Shown here in pieces: positions 15,314 through 24,469 of a stretch of 43,108 nt of DNA. Position 1 is the stretch's first letter; each line of letters starts with the position of its first letter. Position numbers and translations under genes: made by a program. The notes under the pieces are model-generated. The model ran no database searches, was not told the origin of the DNA, and saw only the letters and a program-made list of their open reading frames with translations. The DNA is from a virus, in IMG/VR virus record IMGVR_UViG_3300002461_000252, positions 1 to 43,108 of that record. One strand, written 5' to 3'.

Positions 15314-16327
15314 TTACAATTTAATATAAAATGTTGCGAGCTTGGTGGGCGTAATCGTCGGATGCGCCCCACCGCCGCCGGTTGTGGTGCCGCTAAACGG
15401 GTGGTTATGGTTCTGGCTTTCGCCGCCGCTGTTCTGCCCCAAGCCGCCGATGCCAGTGAACGACCCCGCGTTGACCGCGTAAGTCTGCCCATTCGACGCG
15501 GGCACGGAATGTGTATGACCCACGTTGTTGGTGCCAGTCGTTCCGCTGAACGTCAGCGCCGGAACCTGGGCAACAGACAATGTATGACTTTGACTGCCGC
15601 CGATCGCACCCAGCACAACCGCCGTGCTGCCGAAATACGTGGGTGTCAGCACGCCCGCCGCCGAGTTGCCCATATCATCGAGGCCGGCCAATGCGCGGCC
15701 TCGCCAGTCAGGCAACGCGATTGTTTTGTTTGCAACCCAATCCGCATTGGCCGACGCACCGCGTCCGGTGGATACAACTAGATTGGGATCAATGCTCCAG
15801 AGATATTCAAATAGGGCTTGCGCGTCCGCATTGGCCCTCTCGGTAGCCCCTGACGTTGCACTGCCGACCGTTCGACCGTTTGCCCTGACGAAGCCGGTAA
15901 GGCTGCCTGTTCCGTAGCGGGCCTTCAAATCGCCCGTGGTAAGAACCGTGGTCGCGTCAACCGGAGAACCGCCGCCGCCTCCGGAGGATGCGCCAATGAC
16001 AAGGATGCCATCCGCTGCGATCTGGGTAACGCCGGCCGCGTTGGTCAGCCGGATTTTGATCGACCCGTCGGCAAGGAAGAACTGCGGAATTCTGCCGGCG
16101 CTATCGAGTGTGATCGGGTTTGGTAATGGAAGGGTCAGAGAGGTATCGGAAAACGCATTTTGCGGCGTCGTGGTGCCGGCCTGGAAGAAGTAGAGCTTGC
16201 CACCGTTTAGTGGTTTTCCGAGGTTGTCCAGTTGCTGCGAGAGCGAAAGCGATATCGTCCCGGCGCCGAACGCGGACGTGAGCAGCAGAAAAAGCCCCGC
16301 AAAAGCGAGGGAAAGACGTTTCAGCAT
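15314..16327 (-). CDS. tail fibre with a phage tail-collar (MdpB-like) domain and a signal-peptide-like N-terminus
   Basis: LPDWRGRALAGLDDMG...GGSQSHTLSVAQVPALTFSG...HTH matches the tail-collar signature. N-terminus MLKRLSLAFAGLFLLLTSAFG-AG. Confidence 0.8.
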   Translation of the reverse strand: MLKRLSLAFAGLFLLLTSAFGAGTISLSLSQQLDNLGKPLNGGKLYFFQAGTTTPQNAFSDTSLTLPLPNPITLDSAGRIPQFFLADGSIKIRLTNAAGVTQIAADGILVIGASSGGGGGSPVDATTVLTTGDLKARYGTGSLTGFVRANGRTVGSATSGATERANADAQALFEYLWSIDPNLVVSTGRGASANADWVANKTIALPDWRGRALAGLDDMGNSAAGVLTPTYFGSTAVVLGAIGGSQSHTLSVAQVPALTFSGTTGTNNVGHTHSVPASNGQTYAVNAGSFTGIGGLGQNSGGESQNHNHPFSGTTTGGGGAHPTITPTKLATFYIKL

Positions 16328-16337
16328 TTTGGAACCT

Positions 16338-18980
16338 CTATTCTTCGCGGGCTCGGGTGCCGAGATAAGTCAACCGCGCAACGATGGCGCCGGCCTTGGC
16401 CGAATTCGTCGGCGCGGTGGCGAGTTGCCGGAACAGTTGCGCAGCGGCGGGGTTGGTCAGAAGATCGGCGATCTCAGCCACGTTGCCGCCCATGCGCCAT
16501 TGCTCGATACGCTGATTGATCTTGGAGGGCAGCTTCAGACCGCCGCTCGCAACCGACGAAAGCGCCTCAGCTACCGTGCCGCCGGTTTTCAGTCCGGCCT
16601 GCACTTCCTGATTGAACGCGGTTTGCGAGCCGATGCGTTGGCGCGAGCCTTGCGCCTCCAGCACGTTCAGAAACCGATCGAAGCCCTGATAGGCCTGTCC
16701 GCCCCGCAACGCGGTAACCGCAGCCTCCAAATTCGCGGCCTGTTGCGGATTGCCGCGGAGAACCGCGACAAATCCGGCTCCTCCGAATTCGTTGGCACCG
16801 CTTTGCAGCCGCTGCACTGCCTCATTAAACACACTCTCGACATGGGTGCGGACAAGCTGCTGTGCGACTTGCGGTCGCTGCTTCGCCAACGCTTCAATAG
16901 CGCTACCTATTTCACCAGCTGAACGCGGCAGGGGATTCTCTGGAAACAGCGCTGCAATTGCCTTCTTGGTCGATAGGTCTCGCTTGGCGAGATGCCCAAT
17001 CGGCGTTTGCTCAATACGTGCCAATCCATCCCTAGCAATGGCTACACTTTCCAGCCTGTCGCGAACGCCAGGGTACTGGCGCAATATATCTGCATTTTGC
17101 AAAAGCGCCTTACGAATGGCATCGGTTGAAAGGTCAGCGCCTTTCTTTGTCGCCTGATCCAAAACCTGTGTAACCAGATTTTGTTCAAAAGCTTCACGCG
17201 CCGCCTGGGAAGCAACGGAGTTAAAATCACGAACAGCGGACGGCCCGTTATTTTGGATTGCACCGGGCGCGCGCTCCGGCGGCATAACAAATCGATTATT
17301 AAACTGATCTCGCTCAATGATTTGACCCGGAACACGCGCTTTATCAAAAGCATTGAGCGGTTGCGAGGCGGCGCGGAAGTTTTCGCTGGCCTTGCCATAA
17401 GACGGCACGCGCTCAAGGGTTTGATCCAGAACTTGCTTGGCTTCCTGAAGCCGCATGACAGTCTGATTAGCGCCAGCCAACTTGGCTTGGCTGATAAGGT
17501 CGTCAATAGCCACTCTAGAGTTGTGTAGCCCCGCTACACTGGTATCCAGCGTTCCGTCTGGGCGCATCAGCGCCGATTTTGCAGCCTGTAGACCTTGGCG
17601 TACCGCTCCCTTCGCTGTGTCAAGAGCCGCGTCAATGTACTCAAGAACCGGCCCGGAATTAACTTGGGCAAATTCGGTTGGTCGCTCACCCACAATTGGC
17701 ATGCGCGTGGTTGGGTTGTTATCGTCAAACCACCTACCCTTGGCCGCCGCTCTTTCGGCTGGGTCCAGAATAATGGGAATATCGGGCCGATCGAGGTAAT
17801 GGGTCGTCACATCAGCTACACGATGACCGCCGTTAGTCGGGATGGTGGCCGGAGCATTGCGAGCTGCTGTATAATCTTGGTCCGCAAGTGCGGCTCTCAT
17901 ACCTTCGCGTCGGTCGTAAACGTTGCTCAAATCCTGCTGTATGACGTTCCCGGCGCGCTCGGGAGTTATGCGCGGGCCAGCCCGCCAGAGGGTGTCAGCC
18001 AGAATTTCTCCTTCTGGACTCTGGCGCATTATTTGGCGTGCGGTTTCACCAACAGCGGAGCCTATCTGGGACGGATCAAGGGGCGGCGGCGAAATCGTAT
18101 CAAACGCTTGTCGAGCCGCATCATCTACCTGCCCCGGCCGAGCCGCCATGAACGGACGAAGCTCGCCCGAGCCTTCGACAACCCGCTGCAGGTTGCCGAG
18201 ATTGGTTGCGCCGCCGGTGACATGCTGCACCGCCTCGGCCCGGGTGATCGGAAGGCCAAGGCCTTGCGCGTATTCAAACAGCCGCTCGGCTTCGTCGATC
18301 TGTGCCTGGTTTGCCCCGCGAGAGCCGCGCGAGACAGCCGCGCCGGCCGCGTTCGGAGCCGTGGCCCAGTGACCGGCCACGCCTCCTGCAATAGCAGCCC
18401 CTGCCCTTGCCCATGGCTCATAGGCCGTGCCTTCCGTGGCCTGCCCGGCGGCTTCCGACGCCAGCCCGGGGCCGACGCCGAGCGCTACAGCGTTGCGGGC
18501 CATGTTCCCGGGTCCAAGCAAGGCGGAAGGGACGAATTCGGCGCCAGATTGAACATATTTCTCTGGCGTCGTTTGCGGATCATATCTCAGTGGAGACGCG
18601 CTATGCGCCGCTTTCGATCCCCATTTTTCCAGTGCTCCGCGGGAAATAAGCGCGGTCTTGTCGTTTTCGGCCTGCACTTCTTCAAGCGGTCGCCCTTGAA
18701 CCTTTGATTGTCCCTTGGTGACTAAATCTTGAATGAACCCGGCGATGTCGGCGGGCGCTCCGGCCAGTCCGGCCACCCCTTTGTCGATACCGGAGACCGC
18801 AGCCTTCCCCAAGCCTAGCGCTACCTCCCCGGCCGATTTTGGGGTAAACTCGTCAAACGTAAGTGCGTTTGACTTGGCTTCCGCCTTCGGACCGATCACG
18901 ACTCTCGGCAGACCGTTGGCGCCCACAGGGACACCCCCCGCGGTCGTTCCGATCACGTCATCAAAGGTCAAAGCAGGCAT
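16338..18980 (-). CDS. large virion / ejection-type protein (880 aa)
   Basis: Longest ORF in the window, Ala/Gln-rich. Its position between the ejection-like proteins and the fibres matches P22-type layouts. Confidence 0.8.
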   Translation of the reverse strand: MPALTFDDVIGTTAGGVPVGANGLPRVVIGPKAEAKSNALTFDEFTPKSAGEVALGLGKAAVSGIDKGVAGLAGAPADIAGFIQDLVTKGQSKVQGRPLEEVQAENDKTALISRGALEKWGSKAAHSASPLRYDPQTTPEKYVQSGAEFVPSALLGPGNMARNAVALGVGPGLASEAAGQATEGTAYEPWARAGAAIAGGVAGHWATAPNAAGAAVSRGSRGANQAQIDEAERLFEYAQGLGLPITRAEAVQHVTGGATNLGNLQRVVEGSGELRPFMAARPGQVDDAARQAFDTISPPPLDPSQIGSAVGETARQIMRQSPEGEILADTLWRAGPRITPERAGNVIQQDLSNVYDRREGMRAALADQDYTAARNAPATIPTNGGHRVADVTTHYLDRPDIPIILDPAERAAAKGRWFDDNNPTTRMPIVGERPTEFAQVNSGPVLEYIDAALDTAKGAVRQGLQAAKSALMRPDGTLDTSVAGLHNSRVAIDDLISQAKLAGANQTVMRLQEAKQVLDQTLERVPSYGKASENFRAASQPLNAFDKARVPGQIIERDQFNNRFVMPPERAPGAIQNNGPSAVRDFNSVASQAAREAFEQNLVTQVLDQATKKGADLSTDAIRKALLQNADILRQYPGVRDRLESVAIARDGLARIEQTPIGHLAKRDLSTKKAIAALFPENPLPRSAGEIGSAIEALAKQRPQVAQQLVRTHVESVFNEAVQRLQSGANEFGGAGFVAVLRGNPQQAANLEAAVTALRGGQAYQGFDRFLNVLEAQGSRQRIGSQTAFNQEVQAGLKTGGTVAEALSSVASGGLKLPSKINQRIEQWRMGGNVAEIADLLTNPAAAQLFRQLATAPTNSAKAGAIVARLTYLGTRAREE

Positions 18981-19296
18981 GTGGCAGAACCTCGTTAAAG
19001 TCGTTCAGGTGGTCTTGTTTTTCGCCGTCGTTGTGTGGGGTATTCGGGAGCACCAGCTTCGCCCCGACGAAATTCCGAGTAACGGTCTTGCCTTGGGCAT
19101 CGTTGCCGTCATGGTCGTGGCGGTCTTCACCGTGATTCCGTGGCTGATATTCAAGATGATCGGCCAAGCCGTGTTCGATTTTCGCCGCTGGCGATCAAAG
19201 CCCGTCAGTGGGAAGCCCGTTGTCCCGGAGTTTCTTGATAACGGCGTCCCGCGCCGCCGGGTTGGCTTTGATCGCATTCCGCGCATTGGAAAGTGA
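18979..19296 (+). CDS. possible antisense-oriented 2-TM membrane protein (105 aa)
   Basis: VVQVVLFFAVVVWGI and LALGIVAVMVVAVFTVIPWLIF helices. Fills the only roughly 210-nt gap in the virion operon. Weak SD, and the 3' end overlaps the gene at 19195. Confidence 0.35.
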   Translation: MWQNLVKVVQVVLFFAVVVWGIREHQLRPDEIPSNGLALGIVAVMVVAVFTVIPWLIFKMIGQAVFDFRRWRSKPVSGKPVVPEFLDNGVPRRRVGFDRIPRIGK

Positions 19297-20730
19297 CTGG
19301 TCGATCTCCGGCTTGGTGAAGGGCACCTGCTTTGCTCCGTTGTCCTTCTGCCCGCTCTGCGCGCCCTTCAGGGCCTGCCCGTAAACCCCGGGATTGGCCT
19401 TCCGCCATTCCGTGAAGCTCTGCATCGGATCGGGAAGCGCCCGCAGTTGCTTTTCCGCATCCATGCGGTTGATTTCCTTGGTCGCGAGTTTGGTGGCGAT
19501 TTCCCCGCGGGCCATTTCATCACGGGTAAGGGCTTCCATCGTGTTCAGCGTGGCATCGCGAGCGGCCGGGTTTTGCGAAAGCGTTGGCAGCGATTTAAGG
19601 AACCCCTTGAACTCGATGTCCGAGGTCGAGCCGGACCCTTCGGCGCGTTGCTGAGGCGCAAGGCGCTGAACGATCGAACTGTAAGCCTGAACGTCGGACA
19701 ACCCTTCGATGTTGACGCCGAGCGCCTCCGCATAGGGGCCGATTGCCTCCTTGATGTTCGCCGCAGCGCCCTGCGACCCCATGCGCTGCGAAATCTCGCG
19801 CATGGAGTTGATGTCCACCATTTTTTTCTGGGCAGCCTGACCGCCCTCAATATAACCATTCCATCGCTTGGCCTGCCCCTTGCCAAACTCCTTTTCGAAT
19901 TCATTTTCGCCCTTGGTGTCTACGTTGACCTCGGTTTTCCCGGCGCGCTTTAGCTGCATCTCCATGTCAAGCAAACGCGGGTCTGCCTGCATCGCGCGGA
20001 GCGTTTCAATCCGCTCCGGCGGCTTCATGTTCTTGAAGGCCTCGCCGAGCAAAATCTTGGCGGTTTCCTTTTGTCCGGCCGGCAGGTTCGGATTCGCCAT
20101 GGCCTGAAGCAAAGTGGGGACGTGCTGCGCGCCAACCATGGGAGCCGCTGCGGGCTGCGCGGGCGCGGCTTGCGCTACCTGGGTGGGTGCTGGGCCCACC
20201 GGAGCGGCGCGCGCGTCAGTCGCCGTCTGCGGGGCAAGAGCGGCCATGCGGGTGGGCCTCGGCTCATACAGTCCGGCGGCCTCGGCCTCGTCATCGCCCC
20301 AGACCTTCGGTGTGGTAGCAACCGGCGTCCGATCCATCGCCATCGGTGCGGTTGCAGCCGGCACGTTCACCGGAGCGCCCGGCACCGGCATCGGATTGGA
20401 TGTCGGCGGGGCCGCGCTGGGCTGGGCGCCGTACAGGTTGCCGAGGCTGGTTTGGAAGTTCGCCGACGCCGCCTGCTCGAGCCCCTGCTTTTTCTGCTGC
20501 TCGGCCAGCGCCAGGAATTGCAGCGTATGCGTGATATCGCCCATGTCGGCGGTTTGCGCCGCGGCCTGACGATAATCCACGTTCCCGCTCGCCAATTGCT
20601 TGCCGAGATCGGACAGCTTTTGCTGAGCCTGCGCTTTCTTGAATACTTCCCCGAGCTGCGACAGCCCGCCTTGCAAATCGACCTGGGGCGACTGAAAAGC
20701 GCCGGGGAGCTGGAGCGGAGCGATCGCCAT
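19195..20730 (-). CDS. virion internal / ejection-type protein (511 aa)
   Basis: The ATG at 20730 overlaps the upstream stop (TGATG); the ORF-track start at 20739 is a GTG. Ala/Pro/Gln-rich central region. Confidence 0.8.
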   Translation of the reverse strand: MAIAPLQLPGAFQSPQVDLQGGLSQLGEVFKKAQAQQKLSDLGKQLASGNVDYRQAAAQTADMGDITHTLQFLALAEQQKKQGLEQAASANFQTSLGNLYGAQPSAAPPTSNPMPVPGAPVNVPAATAPMAMDRTPVATTPKVWGDDEAEAAGLYEPRPTRMAALAPQTATDARAAPVGPAPTQVAQAAPAQPAAAPMVGAQHVPTLLQAMANPNLPAGQKETAKILLGEAFKNMKPPERIETLRAMQADPRLLDMEMQLKRAGKTEVNVDTKGENEFEKEFGKGQAKRWNGYIEGGQAAQKKMVDINSMREISQRMGSQGAAANIKEAIGPYAEALGVNIEGLSDVQAYSSIVQRLAPQQRAEGSGSTSDIEFKGFLKSLPTLSQNPAARDATLNTMEALTRDEMARGEIATKLATKEINRMDAEKQLRALPDPMQSFTEWRKANPGVYGQALKGAQSGQKDNGAKQVPFTKPEIDQSLSNARNAIKANPAARDAVIKKLRDNGLPTDGL

Positions 20731-21497
20731 CAGCGCCACATCGGCATGGAATAGCCGCCAATCTGGGAATTCTGCGTCTGGCCGTAGTTACCAGCACCAC
20801 CGCCGCCGCCAAACCCGAACGCGCCGCCCAAGCTGCTCAGGCCGCCGCCGCCCATCAACATTTGCGCCCCGCCCATGATGCCGCCGAGCAGGTTGCTGGC
20901 ACCGCGCGCCTCGCCCTGGGCCTGCATCTGGTTCGCATTGGCGTTCCCCGAGGTGATATTGCCCTGCAGGCCGATCCGGTTGGTGGCGTCGGTCTGATAG
21001 AGGTTGGCAAGACCGGTATCGACCCCAGCCATGGCGCCCGCCGCGCCCATCGCCTTGGTGTCATATCCCCCAAGATTCGAAAGCCAGTTGTTCCATTCCT
21101 TGTTCTGCGCGTTCTGGCCGAACGTCAGCGCGTCGATGTCGGCGTTGCCGCTGTTGAGCATCCCGCCCGCCGCGCGGCGCCGGTTCAGCACGTCAATGCC
21201 GGCGTCAATGCCCTGCTGATAGCCCGGGCTGGTCGTGAAGGCCGCCTGTGCATTGGCGTTGCCGGTAGCGCCGTTCACCCCGAGTGCATCGGCGTACAGT
21301 CCAGAGCCGCGGTTGTAGAGGCTGGACAACGGCGCGAACTGGCCCTTGGCGCTCGCCAGCGCGTCCCTTGATCCGGTCATCCCGGCGTCGAGATAGCCGG
21401 TGCCGGCCTTGCCGTACTGGTCATACAGCGCCCGGTTTCTTTCCGCTGCTTCGCGCTCTGCACCGCCACCGAACAGGATGTCGAAGAATCCAGCCAT
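20730..21497 (-). CDS. Gly/Asn-rich virion internal protein (255 aa)
   Basis: Low-complexity, Gly-rich C-terminus (GGGGLSSLGGAFGFGGGGGAG). Operon context. Confidence 0.8.
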   Translation of the reverse strand: MAGFFDILFGGGAEREAAERNRALYDQYGKAGTGYLDAGMTGSRDALASAKGQFAPLSSLYNRGSGLYADALGVNGATGNANAQAAFTTSPGYQQGIDAGIDVLNRRRAAGGMLNSGNADIDALTFGQNAQNKEWNNWLSNLGGYDTKAMGAAGAMAGVDTGLANLYQTDATNRIGLQGNITSGNANANQMQAQGEARGASNLLGGIMGGAQMLMGGGGLSSLGGAFGFGGGGGAGNYGQTQNSQIGGYSMPMWR

Positions 21498-21498
21498 G

Positions 21499-21642
21499 TT
21501 ACACCTCGGTCCTTAGAATTTTCACGATGGCCTCCAGCGCCTTCAGCCACGCATACCAGTCGGGATTGATCAGACCGTCCTTGTTCACGACAGACACATC
21601 CGGCCCCGGAAGGGGCGGAAGCTTTTGCGATGTAGTCGGCAT
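21499..21642 (-). CDS. small ORF (47 aa), below the ORF-track cut-off
   Basis: ATG overlaps the upstream stop (TAATG). Its own stop is 1 nt before the next ATG. Translates to MPTTSQKLPPLPGPDVSVVNKDGLINPDWYAWLKALEAIVKILRTEV. Confidence 0.5.
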   Translation of the reverse strand: MPTTSQKLPPLPGPDVSVVNKDGLINPDWYAWLKALEAIVKILRTEV

Positions 21643-23060
21643 TATTTCCCCAGCACCTGCAGGTCCAAGTCGCCGCCCATCAGCGCGACGTGGACCGGAT
21701 CTGATATCTGGAACCTAAACTTCGCGCCCTGCGGTCCGACATGGCCCAGATTATTCACCGTGACCTTGGTGTTTCCGATCATCTGCTTGCCGAGCCGGCG
21801 CAGCCACGGAATCGACCACGTAAGCCCGTTGTCGCGGGAGATCGAAATCTCAATGGACGGATCAGTTTCGATCGGATCAATGCCGGTCGCCACGCCGACG
21901 CCTACCGACATGAACAAATCCAGCCGGTTGATCCGCGCGCCGTTCGGGAAATTGCCCATTGGCCCAGTTTCGAGGATGGCCACCAGCGGCTGGCTTATTT
22001 CGGTCTGTGCAACCGGATCGATCTGGATGATGTTGGCCGAAAGCGCATCTCCGACATACCATTTGCCGTTGAACTTGTGGCCGCCGATGCCGCGCCAGCG
22101 CTGCTGCTGATAGCTCTTCCGCTCCTGCCACGTCGAGGTATTGATATCGTATTCCCACGACCACGTTGGCGATTGCACCACAAGGAAGGAATGCCCATCC
22201 GCGACATGGACCGACATCAGGATGGTGGTCTTGTCGGCTACCGCCTGTATCAAGCGGTCCAGATCGGGCGTGCTGATTTTCGAAAGCTGGTAGCCCGTCA
22301 GCTTGTGGACGCCGAAGTCCGAACCGACCAGAAAAAGCCCTTGGCCCCAACCGTCTTCATATCCCGCGATGCAGTAGGGCCCGGCGATCCCCATGTCGAT
22401 GGTTGTGATATAGGAGAAAACAAATCCCGTGTCGTTGATCCCGCCCCAGACTTCCAGGGATTCCGAGCCGCAGGCCAGCATTTGACCGTTGGGCAGCGGC
22501 ACCGAACGGAACAGCGTATCGGGCTTGCTCTCAGCGGTGGCAGAATTCAGCGTATTGATGTTCGTCGAATTCACGTCCGACGATCGCATTTTCCCATCGC
22601 CATAGGTGTAGATGAAAAAGCCCCTGATGTTGGTGACCGAATTGGGCTGCCCCACGTCAACATCAGGATATGCGCTCACAGAGCTATTCGTCACCACGAA
22701 CGCGCCGTCGCCCGGAGCAACCGCCACCAGATCGGGCAACGCCGCGTTGTTGCGCGCGAAGATCACCGGTTGGGTGCCGGGCAATGTCCCTGTCAGCACC
22801 GTCTCGGCACCCCCTGATGTACCGTGCCGGACGGCCTTGCCGGACCATGCCGAAAACAGCGTGTTGCCGATCGCGTGCATCCCCCGAAACCCGGCTTGAA
22901 CCGTCGTTCCGAATGCGATCAGCCCCGGCACCCGTCGAAGCACCAGTTTTGATCCCGCGGTAGCCCCAAGCGATTCCGCGTAGACGTTGATGAGCCGGCC
23001 GCCGCTCTCTTGCGGATAGGCGCCGGGCGCGGTTGAGGTGGGAAGGATGATGGCTGTCAT
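21642..23060 (-). CDS. tail hub / head-completion protein (472 aa)
   Basis: Its position after the small head-completion genes and its size are the same as P22 gp10. This is positional inference only. Confidence 0.8.
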   Translation of the reverse strand: MTAIILPTSTAPGAYPQESGGRLINVYAESLGATAGSKLVLRRVPGLIAFGTTVQAGFRGMHAIGNTLFSAWSGKAVRHGTSGGAETVLTGTLPGTQPVIFARNNAALPDLVAVAPGDGAFVVTNSSVSAYPDVDVGQPNSVTNIRGFFIYTYGDGKMRSSDVNSTNINTLNSATAESKPDTLFRSVPLPNGQMLACGSESLEVWGGINDTGFVFSYITTIDMGIAGPYCIAGYEDGWGQGLFLVGSDFGVHKLTGYQLSKISTPDLDRLIQAVADKTTILMSVHVADGHSFLVVQSPTWSWEYDINTSTWQERKSYQQQRWRGIGGHKFNGKWYVGDALSANIIQIDPVAQTEISQPLVAILETGPMGNFPNGARINRLDLFMSVGVGVATGIDPIETDPSIEISISRDNGLTWSIPWLRRLGKQMIGNTKVTVNNLGHVGPQGAKFRFQISDPVHVALMGGDLDLQVLGK

Positions 23061-23431
23061 CAGAAATTCTGAAACGGAATAACGTCGTCGGGACTGGCAG
23101 CGGTCCGCCCCAGCGTGCGAAGCTCCAACTCCGACTTGCGGGGTTCGGTAGTGGCCAGCGTCGGGCCGACAAATCCCACCAGGGAACTCAGCGGGACAGA
23201 GAAGTCCGTCGCGATGGTTGCGGCGATGATTCTTGCCAGCGGCAGGAACATAGCCTCCTCGATTTCCTCAACATCCGGAATGTAAGTGACCCCGCGCGCA
23301 TTCAGGTTTTCAACGATAGAGGGGATTTCCTCGTCGATGGAGGCGTAATCCTCGGTTGACAAAGCCTGCCCGGCAACGAGCTTGCCGAGAAACTTCGCCG
23401 ACCGATTGACCAAATCCGCGCGGGTTCTCAC
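23060..23431 (-). CDS. head-completion / adaptor-like protein (123 aa)
   Basis: GTG start directly after the upstream TAA. TGATG coupling downstream. Confidence 0.65.
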   Translation of the reverse strand: MRTRADLVNRSAKFLGKLVAGQALSTEDYASIDEEIPSIVENLNARGVTYIPDVEEIEEAMFLPLARIIAATIATDFSVPLSSLVGFVGPTLATTEPRKSELELRTLGRTAASPDDVIPFQNF

Positions 23432-23950
23432 TTAACTGGCCTTCGGAGGCCGGCCGCGCCGAGGCTTGTCGGAATCCTCGTCGTCCTGAGCCGCCTTCAG
23501 TTCGGCTGCCGCTTCCTGAGCCCGGGCAATACGCTCGGCCTCACCCGGGGGCGAGTTGGCGAACTGGGTGCGGCCCTCGAGATATTCCCGGGACCGCTCC
23601 CGCGCCACGTTCTCGTCGAACGTCACGTCTTCGATCTCTTCCGGTTCGGCGGCAGCCGGAGCAACATAGTCCTTCTTGCCGTCGGTCGAGAGATACGGAT
23701 TGCCGGCGATCTTGTCGGCATATCGGGCCGGCACATCGACGGCCTCGCCGGCCACAACCTTCTGGCCGAAGATTTCCGACTTCTTCGGATCGCCGGGGCC
23801 GGGGTTGTAGGTCACGCTGATCGTGCCGTCGTCTTTCTTGACGGGCGTGCCGGTCACGACAACTTCCTGCTTTTCGCTGGATTGGGTTGTGATTGGCGGT
23901 CGGGTCGGAGTAACGCCGGGCTTCACCGGCCCCTTGCGGGTTTCTGCCAT
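23432..23950 (-). CDS. virion-module protein with an acidic centre and an AT-hook-like C-terminus
   Basis: AGGAG SD. Ends in KPRRGRPPKAS. Confidence 0.7.
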   Translation of the reverse strand: MAETRKGPVKPGVTPTRPPITTQSSEKQEVVVTGTPVKKDDGTISVTYNPGPGDPKKSEIFGQKVVAGEAVDVPARYADKIAGNPYLSTDGKKDYVAPAAAEPEEIEDVTFDENVARERSREYLEGRTQFANSPPGEAERIARAQEAAAELKAAQDDEDSDKPRRGRPPKAS

Positions 23951-24005
23951 GTCAATGGCTCCTGAATGAGAGAAAAGGGATGGGGGCTAGATGCCCCCAT
24001 CAGGT

Positions 24006-24467
24006 TCAGTTGGCCGGCCACGCCACGCCTTCGACCTCGCGCTTGACGGCGAACTTGAGCACGATGTGTGCCTTGCCCGCTGTTGCCGCCGCTCCGGTCT
24101 GGGCATATTTGGCGTAGACGATCGTGTTGGCCGCCAGCGGAATGCCGGACAGCGTGCCCGCCAGGTTCTGCTTGAACCCGGTTGCGCCGGCCAGCGTCGA
24201 AGCCGCCGCGGCAAGGCCAGCCGGAGCAGCCGCCGTGCCGATGTCGAGCGTATTGGTCGTGGCCGCGTTGAACGCGGTCTCGATCGTGACATCGCACCCC
24301 AGCGGGATGCACCCGGCCTCCAGTGCCCCGATCGGGACGCCGTTGACAGGTGTCACGCCCGGCGCGTCGGCGAAGGGAGTATCGAAGCTGACGGTGCGGC
24401 GCAGATACATCACGCCGACATCTTCAGGCGGCCGAACTGCGTTCAACCAGAGTCTGTTGGTGGGCAT
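24006..24467 (-). CDS. structural protein downstream of the capsid gene (possibly a decoration protein)
   Basis: GGGAGA SD, starts 2 nt after the capsid stop. Ala/Thr-rich. Confidence 0.7.
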   Translation of the reverse strand: MPTNRLWLNAVRPPEDVGVMYLRRTVSFDTPFADAPGVTPVNGVPIGALEAGCIPLGCDVTIETAFNAATTNTLDIGTAAAPAGLAAAASTLAGATGFKQNLAGTLSGIPLAANTIVYAKYAQTGAAATAGKAHIVLKFAVKREVEGVAWPAN

Positions 24468-24469
24468 GA

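Noticed and set aside
10985-16327. Diversity-generating retroelement near the tail fibres.
   Set aside because: No reverse transcriptase ORF and no template/variable repeat pair is visible anywhere in the window.
17595-18707. 370-aa plus-strand ORF.
   Set aside because: It is antisense to the 880-aa virion gene. It is Arg-rich, has no SD and does not fit the operon.
18961-19167. 68-aa minus-strand ORF filling the gap in the virion operon.
   Set aside because: It has a TTG start with no SD and a His/Asp/Asn-rich low-complexity sequence, and it overlaps the start of the 880-aa gene by 20 nt. It was kept only as the alternative to the plus-strand 2-TM ORF.
21741-22817. 358-aa plus-strand ORF.
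   Set aside because: It is antisense to the 472-aa tail-hub-like gene. Its Arg/Pro/His-rich composition is typical of an antisense frame.
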